Shown piece after piece: positions 47,641 to 57,683 of a stretch of DNA of 64,000 bases (position 1 is the first letter of the stretch; every line of letters begins with the position of its first letter). The notes below the pieces were generated by a model. That model saw nothing but the letters and a program-made list of their open reading frames with translations. It was not told the origin of the DNA and searched no databases. The DNA is from Candidatus Binatia bacterium (GTDB taxonomy: Bacteria; Desulfobacterota; Binatia; UBA9968; JAJDTQ01), in contig OY762897.2 in assembly GCA_963666515.2 (NCBI GenBank), forward strand, positions 4,256,001 through 4,320,000, given 5' to 3'. The translations under genes and the position numbers were made by a program.

Positions 47641-49278
47641 TCAGGGCGCCAGCGACAGGTGCCGGGTCGGGTGCACGTCCATCACGTTGTCCACCCACCC
47701 CTTGACCCGCGGGCTCACCAGGTGCTGGGTCGTGTAGTGGTAGATGGGGATGATGGGCATGTCCTTCAGGAGAATGCTCTCCGCCTTCTGCATGAGCTGC
47801 GCCCGAACTTCCAGGTCGGCTTCCGTCTCCGCCTTCCGCATGAGGGCGTCGTACTCGGGGTTGGCGTATCCCGCGGGGTTCATGGAGCCCACGGCGCCCT
47901 TGAGCAGCTCCAGGAAGGTGTTGGCGTCGTTGTAGTCGCCGATCCAGCCGGCCCGGAGCACGTCGAACTGCATGGCGCGCCGGGTCGTGAGGTAGACCTT
48001 CCATTCCTGGTTGAACAGCTCCGTACGGACGCCCAGGGCCTTTTTCCACATGCCCGATATGGCGATGGCGATGCGCTTGTGGTTGTCGCTGGTGTTGTAC
48101 AGGATCTGCACCTTCAGCGGGTTGTCCCTGGAGTAGCCGGCTTCGGCGTAGAGCTTCTTCGCACGGGCCAAGCGCTCGGCCTTGGAAAGGCCCGCCCACG
48201 GAACCTTCGCGCCGGCGTACTGGTTCACGCCCGGAGGCACCCAGGCGTACGCGGGGATCTCGCCCCCCTTGGTGACCTTGCCGGTGAGGATTTCCCGGTC
48301 GATGGTCATGGCCAGCGCGTTGCGGAGCCCCGGCCGGTCGCGGAACGGCGCCTTGGTCAGGTTGAGGGCGTAGTAGTAGGTGCCGAGATAGGCGGTGTTG
48401 CGGAATTGCCCGGCGAGGTTCTTCTCCACCCACGCAATCTGGTCGGGGGGCACGTCATAGGTGACGTCCAGCTCGCCGCTCCGGAACCGCTTCAGCTCGG
48501 TGCTCGTGTCCTCGGTGGGGTGGAACACCACCGCGTCGAGGCGCAGGTTGGCGGCGTCCCAGTAGTGCGGGTTGCGCTCCAGGCGGATGTGGCTCTGGGG
48601 CACCCATTCGGCCAGGCGGTAGGCGCCGTTGGAGACCATGTTGCCGGCGCGGGTCCACTTGTCGCCGTGGCGCTCTAGGGTCCCGGGATGCACGGGGTAG
48701 GCGTGCGGGTGCGTGAGCATGCCGATGAAGTAGGGCGTCGGCGCCTTGAGGGTCACCTTCAGGGTGTGCGCGTCCACGGCCTCCACACCGAGCCGGTCCA
48801 GCTCCTTGATCGTGCCCTTGGTGATCTCCTCGCCGTTGGCGATGGGCCAGAGGATGAAGGCGTAACCCGAGCCCACCGCCGGATCCACGCCCCGCCTCAG
48901 CGCGAAGACGAAGTCGTGAGCGGTCACCGGATCGCCGTTGGACCACTTGGCGTTTTTGCGGAGACGGAACGTGTACACCTTGCCGTCGTCGCTCAGGGTC
49001 CAGCTCTCCGCCACCCCCGGGATGTGCGAGCCGTCCGCGGCTTCCGCCACCAGGCCCTCGAAGAGGTCGCGCTGGATGCCGGCCGCGGGAACGCCCGACG
49101 ACTTGTGCACGTCCAGGGTTTCCGGCTCCGCGCCGTTGCCCCGCTGGAGCGTGTTTCCGGCCGCGTGGGCGGGGGGAGCGCCGAGCGACAGCGCCGCGAG
49201 GAGGGCGGCGGCCAGCGTCGTGACGGCGAGCGTGCAGGCGAACGTTCCGAGGCGGTGTCTCGCAGGCGGTTCATGCAT
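47641..49278 (-). CDS. oppA: Oligopeptide ABC substrate-binding protein OppA
   Basis: RGNGAEPETLD, LFEGLV, AKWSNGDPVTAHDF, VSNGAY, WIGDYND. Confidence 0.9.
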   Translation of the reverse strand: MHEPPARHRLGTFACTLAVTTLAAALLAALSLGAPPAHAAGNTLQRGNGAEPETLDVHKSSGVPAAGIQRDLFEGLVAEAADGSHIPGVAESWTLSDDGKVYTFRLRKNAKWSNGDPVTAHDFVFALRRGVDPAVGSGYAFILWPIANGEEITKGTIKELDRLGVEAVDAHTLKVTLKAPTPYFIGMLTHPHAYPVHPGTLERHGDKWTRAGNMVSNGAYRLAEWVPQSHIRLERNPHYWDAANLRLDAVVFHPTEDTSTELKRFRSGELDVTYDVPPDQIAWVEKNLAGQFRNTAYLGTYYYALNLTKAPFRDRPGLRNALAMTIDREILTGKVTKGGEIPAYAWVPPGVNQYAGAKVPWAGLSKAERLARAKKLYAEAGYSRDNPLKVQILYNTSDNHKRIAIAISGMWKKALGVRTELFNQEWKVYLTTRRAMQFDVLRAGWIGDYNDANTFLELLKGAVGSMNPAGYANPEYDALMRKAETEADLEVRAQLMQKAESILLKDMPIIPIYHYTTQHLVSPRVKGWVDNVMDVHPTRHLSLAP

Positions 49279-49599
49279 GTCAGGAGCCTCCCGTGGATTC
49301 GGTTCGATCGAGGGCCAGTCTCTATCGAAAGGCTAACACAGCGCCCTCCGGCCGTCCACGCGAGGCCCCGCAACGCACGGTGACGGCCCGTCGGTTCCGT
49401 GCGCGCGGATCGGGCGCGCTTGACAAGCCGCCTGCGTATCGAGTCTAATGCCTCATTCATACCAACGGTTTTTCTACCGTCTTGTGCCCGCCATCGCCCC
49501 GGCCAATGCGGATACGGTGTCCGCCGCCATCCCGCTCCACACGTCAGAGGGTCACATGGGGCTCCCTTTCAGGCGACAACCAAGCCAGTGGAGACAACC

Positions 49600-51198
49600 A
49601 TGCATCATGATTCACGGCAGTCCAGTTACAAGCTCGGTCAGGACAACATCACCCCCTTCGGACTCGACATCCACAATCCGGTATTCCTGATCTCCGGCCT
49701 CACCATCGTCCTGTTCATCCTTTACGCGCTGATGCTCCAGGAGCACGCCGCGGCCCTTTTCGGCTGGCTGCGTCCGGCCATCACCAGCACCTTCGACTGG
49801 TTCTTCCTGTTGAGCGGCAACCTGTTCGTGATCTTCGCCCTGCTGTTGATCTTCCTGCCCGTCGGCAAGGTCCGCCTCGGCGGCCAGGACGCCACCCCGG
49901 ACTTCAGCTACAGCGGCTGGTTCGCCATGCTGTTCGCCGCCGGCATGGGCATCGGGCTCATGTACTTCGGCGTCTCCGAGCCGCTGTCGCACTACGCGTC
50001 GTCCCTGGGCGGCACCGCGGTGGAGAACGGCGCGCGCACCGACTGGGCGCCGCTGGGCGCCGCCGCCGGCAGCGCCGCGGACGCGCGCGACCTGGCCATG
50101 GCCGCGACCATCTTCCACTGGGGGCTGCACCCGTGGGCGATCTACGCGGTGGTGGCCCTGGCGCTGGCGTTCTTCGCCTACAACCACAACCTGCCGCTGA
50201 CCCTGCGCTCGGCGTTCTACCCGATCCTGGGCGATCGGGTGTGGGGCTGGTGGGGGCACGTGGTGGATACGCTGGCGGTGTTCGCGACCCTGTTCGGTCT
50301 CGCCACCTCGCTCGGCTTCGGCACCATGCAGGCGCTGGCGGGCTTCAACCACCTGTACGGCTGGGGCACCGGCGCGGTGGCCATCGTGGTGCTCATCACC
50401 GTCATCACCGCCACCGCCCTCGTCTCGGTGCTGCGCGGCCTCGACGGCGGCGTCAAGGTGCTGTCCGAGGTCAATATGGTGCTGGCCTTCCTGCTGCTGA
50501 TGGTGATCATCTTCGTCGGCCCCACCCTGGATATTTTCGCCACCGCGGTGAGCGGCGGCATCGCCTACCTGAAGGAGTTGATCCCGCTGTCGAACCCCTT
50601 CGGCCGCGACGACTCCAACTTCGTCCAGGGCTGGACCTCGTTCTACTGGGCCTGGTGGATCTCCTGGTCGCCCTTCGTCGGCATGTTCATCGCCCGGGTC
50701 TCGCGCGGCCGCACGGTGCGCGAGTTCGTGATCTGCGTGATCCTGATACCGACCGTGGTGTGCACCCTGTGGATGGCCGCGTTCGGCGGCACGGCGATCT
50801 CTCAGGTCATCGCCGACCCGGCGACGTCGGTGGCCAAGGCGGCCCAGGAGGTCAAGCTGTTCGTGATGGCCGAGCAGTTCCCGCTCGCCGGAGTGCTCTC
50901 GTTCATCGGCATCGTCCTGGTGCTGGTGTTCTTCGTCACCTCGTCGGATTCGGGCTCGCTGGTGATCGACACCATCACCGCGGGCGGCAAGACCGAGGCG
51001 CCCAAGAGCCAGCGGGTGTTCTGGGCCACTTTCGAGGGCGTGGTGGCGGCGGTGTTGCTGCTGGTGGGCGGGGCCGAAGCCCTGGGCGCGCTGCAGGCCA
51101 TGACGGTCTCCACCGGACTGCCGTTCACCGTCGTGCTGCTGGCCATGTGCTACAGCACCTGGGTGGGCCTGCAGGCGGCCTCGAAGCAGCTCAGGTAG
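49600..51198 (+). CDS. BCCT family transporter (betaine/carnitine/choline)
   Basis: WFAMLFAAGMGIG, HWGLHPWAIY, FYWAWWISWSPFVGMFIARVSRGRT, TSSDSG. Confidence 0.93.
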   Translation: MHHDSRQSSYKLGQDNITPFGLDIHNPVFLISGLTIVLFILYALMLQEHAAALFGWLRPAITSTFDWFFLLSGNLFVIFALLLIFLPVGKVRLGGQDATPDFSYSGWFAMLFAAGMGIGLMYFGVSEPLSHYASSLGGTAVENGARTDWAPLGAAAGSAADARDLAMAATIFHWGLHPWAIYAVVALALAFFAYNHNLPLTLRSAFYPILGDRVWGWWGHVVDTLAVFATLFGLATSLGFGTMQALAGFNHLYGWGTGAVAIVVLITVITATALVSVLRGLDGGVKVLSEVNMVLAFLLLMVIIFVGPTLDIFATAVSGGIAYLKELIPLSNPFGRDDSNFVQGWTSFYWAWWISWSPFVGMFIARVSRGRTVREFVICVILIPTVVCTLWMAAFGGTAISQVIADPATSVAKAAQEVKLFVMAEQFPLAGVLSFIGIVLVLVFFVTSSDSGSLVIDTITAGGKTEAPKSQRVFWATFEGVVAAVLLLVGGAEALGALQAMTVSTGLPFTVVLLAMCYSTWVGLQAASKQLR

Positions 51199-51261
51199 GC
51201 TGGCGCGCAGACGGACCGCGGCCGCCCCATGACGGGAGGCCGCGGTCGAGCCGCGTCCCGT

Positions 51262-52077
51262 TCAGAAGCTGGCCGCCGCCGGCTTGGGCGTTCCCGGAAA
51301 CAGCCCGTGCCGGGTGAGGAACTCGATCATGAAGCGGTCGAACAGCCACGGCTGCTCGATCTGGCAGGCGTGCCCGGCGCCGGGCAGCACCTTCATCTCA
51401 CAGCCGGGTATGCGCTCCTGCAGCGCCGCCGCGGTCGGGTGGGAATTGTCCTCGCTGCCGCTGAGGATGACGACTGGGCAGGCGATGCCCGAGTGATGGC
51501 CCTCGGGCTCCGGTTTCTGCATCGCCCGGAACTGGTGCAGGATCGTCTCCACGTCGGCGAAGTCATTGCGCTCCGCGAACAGGTTGGCGAAGAAATGCGC
51601 CAGCGGCGTCGCGCGAAACGCCGGGCTCAGGTCCTCGAACGTGTACGCCCAGCGATAGCCGATGCCCTTTTCGCCATAGGCCGCGATGCGCCGCTTCGCG
51701 AACTCTTTCTCGGGCGTGTACCCGGTCCCCGACAGGATCATCGCCGCGGTCCGGTCCGGGCGCTGGTGATACATGTACGGGCTGATGGAAGACCCCACCG
51801 AGCACCCCACCAGGACCGCGGTCTCTCCGGGCAGCGCGTCGTCGATGGCCTCCCAGCACGCCTCCGCCATGTCATCCATGGTCAGCCCGGCGGCGGCCTT
51901 GGGCGATCGCCCGTACCCCGGAATGTCGATGGCGATGCACCGGTACCAGGTCGACAGGTGCGCCATCTGGAAGATCCAGCACGACTGGTCCATCGGGTTC
52001 GGATGGATGAACGCCATCACCGGCCCCGTGCGCCCCATGCGCTCGTAGTAGAGCGGTCCTTCGATGTGGTTCGCCAT
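51262..52077 (-). CDS. Alpha/beta hydrolase fold protein
   Basis: DIPGYGRS, nucleophile elbow GCSVG, GSED, AGHA. Confidence 0.88.
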   Translation of the reverse strand: MANHIEGPLYYERMGRTGPVMAFIHPNPMDQSCWIFQMAHLSTWYRCIAIDIPGYGRSPKAAAGLTMDDMAEACWEAIDDALPGETAVLVGCSVGSSISPYMYHQRPDRTAAMILSGTGYTPEKEFAKRRIAAYGEKGIGYRWAYTFEDLSPAFRATPLAHFFANLFAERNDFADVETILHQFRAMQKPEPEGHHSGIACPVVILSGSEDNSHPTAAALQERIPGCEMKVLPGAGHACQIEQPWLFDRFMIEFLTRHGLFPGTPKPAAASF

Positions 52078-52123
52078 GTCAAGCCTCCTTCTTTATGGTT
52101 CAGTACCTTGCGTTGATTTCCCT

Positions 52124-52146
52124 TGACCAGTCATATAGTCTGGTCA
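52124..52146 (+). promoter_or_regulatory. Putative TA autoregulatory operator overlapping the -10 box
   Basis: TGACCAG-N9-CTGGTCA inverted repeat enclosing TATAGT, directly upstream of the antitoxin ATG. Confidence 0.6.
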
Positions 52147-52147
52147 C

Positions 52148-52396
52148 ATGAGAGAAATCAATGCCTCGGAATTCAAGGCAAAATGCTTGGCCATCCTCGA
52201 TGAAGTCGTACAGACGGGACAGGCGGTTACGATCCTGAAACGCGGCAAGCCGGTGGCCCAGCTCGTCCCGCCGGTCCCCAGGCAGCACCGCTACCCGCAG
52301 CATGCGCTCTTTGGAACGGTGGAGGTGCACGGAGATATCGTGGGGCCGGTCCTGGATGCCGACTTCTGGGAGGCCGAGGCGGGGAAGACGGGGTGA
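52148..52396 (+). CDS. Phd/YefM family antitoxin
   Basis: INASEFKAKCLAILDEV...ILKRGKPVAQL. Confidence 0.9.
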   Translation: MREINASEFKAKCLAILDEVVQTGQAVTILKRGKPVAQLVPPVPRQHRYPQHALFGTVEVHGDIVGPVLDADFWEAEAGKTG

Positions 52397-52788
52397 AGGC
52401 GCTCCTCGATACGCACATTCTGATTGACTGGATGGGCGCGGACCGCCATCTTTCGGCGGAGCAGGAAGAAGTCCTTCGACAGGCCGCTCCCGAGAATCCG
52501 CTGTGGGTGTCCGACATCAGCCTGTGGGAGATTGCCACGCTGTACAATCTCAAGCGGCTCTCCTTTCATTTGCCGCTGAGGGAGTGGCTCGAGGCCGCCA
52601 CCGCCCCGCCCCTGGTGCAGCGGGTCGGCATCTCACCCGCGGTTGCCGCGGCCGTGGCCGCCCTTCCCGCGGCCTTTCATCGCGACCCTGCTGACCGGGT
52701 CATCGTCGCCTCGGCGCAGCTTCTCGGCGCAACCGTGCTGACACGCGACGCCCGCATCATCCAATCCCGGCTCGTCCCGACCCTGTAG
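52393..52788 (+). CDS. vapC: VapC PIN-domain toxin
   Basis: LLDTH, SLWEI, HRDPADR, TRD; GTGA overlap with the antitoxin. Confidence 0.9.
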   Translation: MKALLDTHILIDWMGADRHLSAEQEEVLRQAAPENPLWVSDISLWEIATLYNLKRLSFHLPLREWLEAATAPPLVQRVGISPAVAAAVAALPAAFHRDPADRVIVASAQLLGATVLTRDARIIQSRLVPTL

Positions 52789-52794
52789 GGATTC

Positions 52795-55700
52795 TCAGGC
52801 CCGGGTGTCAACGGTCTGCGGGAACCGCGTCCGAATAAACGCGTCAGCGTCCGCCTCCGACAGCCTGACGGTCCCCGGACCGCTCCGCACGAAGAAGTCT
52901 CCGTCCGCCGCCGCTTCAACCCCCTTCCACCTCAACAACACCGGCTCCGGGCTCCGCTGGCAGCTCACCACGCATACGCCTTTGCCCTCCACGATCTGGA
53001 CCTTGGGGTCGATGCAGGTGCCGGCGCGGGGGCCGAGGCCGTTGCGGACGGCCTGGGCCAAGTGGAGCATGAACTTGTCGTCGTTGTCGAGGCGGTCGCG
53101 TTCGATGCCGACCACGGCGCCGTCGTCGGCGACGCCCAGGAGGAGGTCGCCGCCCTCGGTGTTGAGGAACGCGGCGATGGTCTTGAGGGCGGCGTGGGTG
53201 ATCTGCTTGTCGTCCTTGCGGTCTTCTTTGAGGTTCCAGCGGAGCGTGGACTTGAACTCCAGGGTCTTGGACTCGCCCTGCTTGATGAGGTCCTCGGCGC
53301 TTCGGTGGCCGCGCAGGTACTGGTCGAAGAGGAAGTCCTTGACCACGTCGCCGAAGGCGCGGTCGTCGGTGATGCGCTTGTACAGGTCGAAGTTGGAATC
53401 GACGATCTCCTGGATCACCTGCTCGACCTTGTGGTTGAAGGTCAGCCGCACGTTCTCGCGCGTGTTCACCCGCGCCGCGGCGTCCAGGGCGGCGTCGCCG
53501 GCGAGCCGGTCCATCATCCGGCCGAGGGTGACGCGGTGTTCCGGGCCGAGGTTCAGGCCGAAGCGCTCGTTCAGCGCGGCGATGATGCGCGACAGCGTCT
53601 CCAGCTCTTCCGGCGCCGGTCCCGCGGGGTCCTTGGGGCCGATGGGATCGAGCACGCCCGTGCTGCGGTCGAGGCCGATCCTGCCGCTCCCGGTCTGCTG
53701 CACCCGGTACGACTCCATGTCGATGTTCCGCTGCACCTCGCGCGGCAGTTCGTCCCGGTCGGGCGGCAGCAGGCGGCGCAGGTGCCGCGCGAAGACGTAG
53801 AGCTTCTCCAGGTCGGCGTCGGCAAAGGGCAGTATCTGTGAAAGGAAGGCGTAGAGCCGCTCGTAGTCGGTGAGGTGTCCCCGGAATTCCTGGCGCTGGT
53901 CCCGGTGGAGGTTCTGAAAGCGCTCCACCACCGGCGCGAGCGCGGCATGGAGCCGGTCCTGGGAGGCCTTGGCGTTGAACCAGACCCTGGCGAAGCCGTC
54001 CACGTCGCTTTGCGCATAGACCGGAAACTCGCCCAGCCGGGTCTGGATGCCGTAGAGCAGGTTGGGATCGGTGGCTTCCGACAGGAGCGTGGTCTCGTAG
54101 TAGGGCTGGAAGCCGTCCCTGATCGCGTCCGCCTCGTTGGCGAAGTCGAGGACCACCGCGCCGTGTTTCTCGGGGTGCGTGCGATTGAGCCGGGAAAGGG
54201 TCTGCACCGCGTTCACGCCGCCGAGCTTCTTGTCCACGTACATGGTGTGCAGCAGCGGCTGGTCGAAACCGGTCTGGAACTTGTTGGCGACGATCAGGAA
54301 CCGGTAGTCCTGTCCCTCGAAGGTGCTGGCGGTCTGCGTCTCCCGCACCCCGTTCATCCCGGCCTCCGTGTAGGAGGCGCCGCCGTCCCTGACCGTCCCG
54401 GAAAACGCCACGAGCGCCTTGAACGGATAGCCCCGCTCGGCCAGGTATTCGTCCACCGCCAGCTTGTAGCGCACGGCGTGCAGGCGCGAGCGGGTGACGA
54501 TCATGGCCTTGGCCCGGCCGCCGATCCGGTCCTGCACCCCCTCGGCGAAGTGCTCCACCATGATGCGCACCTTCTCGCCGATGGCGTGGGGATGAAGCTC
54601 GACGAAGGACTTCAGCAGGAACTCGGCCTTGCGCTTGTCGTAGCGCGGGTCGTCCGCGATGGTCTTGAGCAGCCGCCACTGGGCTTCGTAGGTCGTATAG
54701 TTTGTCAGCACGTCGAGGATGAACCCCTCCTCGATGGCCTGGCGCATGCTGTACAGGTGGAACGGCGCGAACGAGCCGTCCTCGCGTTCCGTCCCGAAGA
54801 GTTCCAGCGTCTTGTTCTTGGGAGTCGCGGTGAAGGCGAAGGTGGAGACGTTGGGCATGCGCCCGCGCTTCTGCATCTCCGCGAGGATCGTGTTCTCGAT
54901 CTCCTCCTCGGGCGTCTCGGCCTGGGATTCCTCGCTCTCGGCCTCTTCGAGGGACGCCGGCGACAGCACCGCCTTGAGGCTCTTGGTGCTCTCGCCCGAC
55001 TGCGACGAGTGCGCTTCGTCCACGATGAGGCCGAAGCGCTTGCCGGGCAACTCGCCGATCTCCTGGGCGATGACCGGGAACTTCTGGAGCGTGGTGACGA
55101 TGATGGTCTTGCCCGACTCCAGCGCATCCTTGAGCTGGCGCGAGGTGGTGTCGATGTTCTCCACCACCCCCAGGGTCTGCTCGAACTGCCGCACGGTAGC
55201 CTGGAGCTGCCGGTCGAGCACCCTGCGGTCGGTGATGACCACGATGGTGTCGAAGACCCTGCGGTCATCCGGCCCGTGCAGCGTGGAGAGCTGGTGAGCG
55301 AGCCAGGCGATGGTGAAGCTCTTGCCGCTCCCGGCCGAGTGCTGGATGAGGTAGCGGTGTCCGGCCCCCATGACCCGCGCGTCGGTCACGAGCCGCCGCA
55401 CGCAGTCGAGCTGCTGGTAGCGCGGGAAGATGAGGGAGCGCTTGCCGGTCTTGCGGCCCTTGTCGTCTTCCTCCTCGACCTCGTGGACGAACTGGCGCAC
55501 CAGGTCCAGGACGCTGTCCCGCGCCCAGGTCTCTTCCCAGAGATAGCCGGTGGCGTAGCCGTCCCGGGTCGGCGGCACCGGCGGGTTCCCGGCGCCGCCG
55601 AACTTGCCCCGGTTGAAGGGCAGGAAGCGCGTCTTGGCCCCGGCCAGGTGCGTGGTGACATAGACCAGGTCCGTGTCCACCGCGAAGTGGCCGAGGCAAC

Positions 55701-56331
55701 GGCCGTAGGCCAGCAACGGCTCCCCGCGCGGATCGCGGTCGGTCTTGTACTGGTGGATGGCGTCCTCGACGGTCTGGCCGCTGAGCGGGTTCTTGAGTTC
55801 GGCGGTGAAGAGCGGGATGCCGTTCAGGAACAGCACCAAGTCCAGGCTCTTCTCGTTCCTCGTGCTGTACCGGACTTGGCGCGCCACCGCGAAGAAGTTC
55901 GCCGCGTACAGCCGCCGGGTCTCCTGGTTGAGCCCGCTGGCCGGGCGGAAGAAGGCGAGCCGGAACGCGCACCCCATGTCCTTCACGCCGCCCCGCAGGA
56001 CGCTCAGCGCCCCGCGGCGCTCGATCTCGGACGAGAGGCGCTTGAGAAACCGCTCTTTCACCCGCGCGCCGTAGTGCTGGGACAGCTTCTCCCATTCCTT
56101 GGGCTGGGTGGCCAGGATGAAGTCCACGACGTCGGCGGGCAGGAGGCAAAGTTCCCGGTCGTAGTCGTCCGTACGCCGCCGGTGATAGCCGCCGGGCTGC
56201 ATCCAGGGGTCGCCGAAGGATGTGGGTTCCTCGGCGATGGCGGGTTCGCCCGGGACCTCGTCCGGGCCGTGGCGGAGGAGGGCCGCCTCGATGGCGTCCT
56301 CGAAGGCGCGTTCGGAGACGACGGGGGTCAT
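52795..56331 (-). CDS. hsdR: Type I restriction endonuclease subunit R with C-terminal Schlafen/AlbA_2 domain
   Basis: Nuclease DLVLFLNGIP..AELKN; SF2 motifs HSAGSGKS, DEAH, FTATP, QTLSRLNR. Last ~170 aa carry GESKTLEFKS, IAAFLNTEGG, LLLGVADDG (AlbA_2). Confidence 0.92.
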   Translation of the reverse strand: MTPVVSERAFEDAIEAALLRHGPDEVPGEPAIAEEPTSFGDPWMQPGGYHRRRTDDYDRELCLLPADVVDFILATQPKEWEKLSQHYGARVKERFLKRLSSEIERRGALSVLRGGVKDMGCAFRLAFFRPASGLNQETRRLYAANFFAVARQVRYSTRNEKSLDLVLFLNGIPLFTAELKNPLSGQTVEDAIHQYKTDRDPRGEPLLAYGRCLGHFAVDTDLVYVTTHLAGAKTRFLPFNRGKFGGAGNPPVPPTRDGYATGYLWEETWARDSVLDLVRQFVHEVEEEDDKGRKTGKRSLIFPRYQQLDCVRRLVTDARVMGAGHRYLIQHSAGSGKSFTIAWLAHQLSTLHGPDDRRVFDTIVVITDRRVLDRQLQATVRQFEQTLGVVENIDTTSRQLKDALESGKTIIVTTLQKFPVIAQEIGELPGKRFGLIVDEAHSSQSGESTKSLKAVLSPASLEEAESEESQAETPEEEIENTILAEMQKRGRMPNVSTFAFTATPKNKTLELFGTEREDGSFAPFHLYSMRQAIEEGFILDVLTNYTTYEAQWRLLKTIADDPRYDKRKAEFLLKSFVELHPHAIGEKVRIMVEHFAEGVQDRIGGRAKAMIVTRSRLHAVRYKLAVDEYLAERGYPFKALVAFSGTVRDGGASYTEAGMNGVRETQTASTFEGQDYRFLIVANKFQTGFDQPLLHTMYVDKKLGGVNAVQTLSRLNRTHPEKHGAVVLDFANEADAIRDGFQPYYETTLLSEATDPNLLYGIQTRLGEFPVYAQSDVDGFARVWFNAKASQDRLHAALAPVVERFQNLHRDQRQEFRGHLTDYERLYAFLSQILPFADADLEKLYVFARHLRRLLPPDRDELPREVQRNIDMESYRVQQTGSGRIGLDRSTGVLDPIGPKDPAGPAPEELETLSRIIAALNERFGLNLGPEHRVTLGRMMDRLAGDAALDAAARVNTRENVRLTFNHKVEQVIQEIVDSNFDLYKRITDDRAFGDVVKDFLFDQYLRGHRSAEDLIKQGESKTLEFKSTLRWNLKEDRKDDKQITHAALKTIAAFLNTEGGDLLLGVADDGAVVGIERDRLDNDDKFMLHLAQAVRNGLGPRAGTCIDPKVQIVEGKGVCVVSCQRSPEPVLLRWKGVEAAADGDFFVRSGPGTVRLSEADADAFIRTRFPQTVDTRA

Positions 56332-57683
56332 GGGGCGACTCCGGGTGTTGGGTCCGCTTCGTCCCTGACATCGATCTTGCCGGTGACGGCAGCGGAGATG
56401 AGGGCGGCGCGGAGTTCCTTGAGGCGGTCGATGGCCGCACGGATTTTGTCTATGAGGGCATCAATTCGGGTAGTTTCATGGTCGAGGAAAATGGCGATGG
56501 CTGCTTGTTCTTCTGAGGGAGGGAAGGGGAAGCGGTAGTGCGAGAGCTGGATTGCCGTAAGGTGGTCTATCGTATTCGGATTCCCTCCTGCCACGAAGAC
56601 GCCGCCCTTGGCCAGCGCGTACATGACGTAGTAGAAGAAACGGGGAATATCTTCGTTTGAATGCGGCCTTACACGATGCAGAGCCTTCTGGTAGAAACAA
56701 TCTCCGACATTCCCTTCCCAGATAGCTGTTCTACCGACGTCACCACCTTCGCAAACGAGCAAGTCGCCTGCTTCGAGTTTGTAGCGGTCTCGTTCTTCCG
56801 GACTGAAATCCATTTGGGGTAGGTCGTCCGTGTTCACAGAGTCCCATTGGACGTCAATGTTTCTGACATACTGTCCCAGGTAGTTTCCACTGATCCGTTT
56901 CGCGTCGAGCATCTTGCCGAGCGCCACCTTGTAACGCGTGTACACGGGAGCGACCTTCCAAGCGGCTGGGATCTTTCCTAGCCACTCAACTCCGGAATCC
57001 TTCATCTTGCCGTCAGGGTCGAGCCCCTTGGTGACAGCCCGTGTGATGAGGGCAGTGCGCTTCTCCTGGAGCAACTCGATCAGCCGCTCCTTCTTCGCCA
57101 CCAGCGCATCAATCTTTGCCGTCTCGCGGTCGAGGAAGGTCGCGATGGCGCGCTCTTCCCACAGCGGCGGCAGCGCGATACTTAGGTTCGCGACACTTCC
57201 TACCGTCACTGCGTCATATGTGCTGCCCGTTGCTTGGGACCTGAGGCCATCGCGGAGCACCAATAGCAAGTAGTAGGTGAAGCGCGACTCCAGAACTGAG
57301 GTAGGATGGATTGCACATAGGCCACGACCGATGCGGTAGACCTGATCGGCAATGTTTATCGCACCGACTGGCGCTCGAACGGAGAGTAGAATGTCATCCA
57401 CCTGAGCCGTTTTAGGTGCCCCCTCACACGCGAGTTGGGGCATCGGGTTGATACTTCCGAACTCAGCGTTTCCCTGTAAAAAGGGAAACCTATTCGAAAA
57501 CGTAGATACGACCTCAGACGGAGGAGACTGTCCGGCTATGATGTCTGCTGCGAATTTTAGCCGTTTGACCTCCCAGTGGACTGGTATCTGCCCCAACCAC
57601 TCGACTACGGAGTCCTTGTAGTGTGGGTAAGGTTTCGAGCACTCCACCAAGTTGGGATATTTGTGCTCTTGTTGATGAGTCAC
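56328..57683 (-). CDS. hsdS: Type I R-M specificity subunit S
   Basis: Two repeats DS.VEWLG.IP..W and PP..E..AIA.FLD.ET..IDAL, ending AAVTGKIDV; ATGA overlap with hsdR; GGAGG RBS before the GTG. Confidence 0.92.
   Translation of the reverse strand: MTHQQEHKYPNLVECSKPYPHYKDSVVEWLGQIPVHWEVKRLKFAADIIAGQSPPSEVVSTFSNRFPFLQGNAEFGSINPMPQLACEGAPKTAQVDDILLSVRAPVGAINIADQVYRIGRGLCAIHPTSVLESRFTYYLLLVLRDGLRSQATGSTYDAVTVGSVANLSIALPPLWEERAIATFLDRETAKIDALVAKKERLIELLQEKRTALITRAVTKGLDPDGKMKDSGVEWLGKIPAAWKVAPVYTRYKVALGKMLDAKRISGNYLGQYVRNIDVQWDSVNTDDLPQMDFSPEERDRYKLEAGDLLVCEGGDVGRTAIWEGNVGDCFYQKALHRVRPHSNEDIPRFFYYVMYALAKGGVFVAGGNPNTIDHLTAIQLSHYRFPFPPSEEQAAIAIFLDHETTRIDALIDKIRAAIDRLKELRAALISAAVTGKIDVRDEADPTPGVAP

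Noticed and set aside
49420-49599. Possible riboswitch in the long leader of the BCCT transporter
   Set aside because: A TTGACA is present at 49420, but I could not recognise any riboswitch consensus; an Rfam/Infernal scan would be needed.
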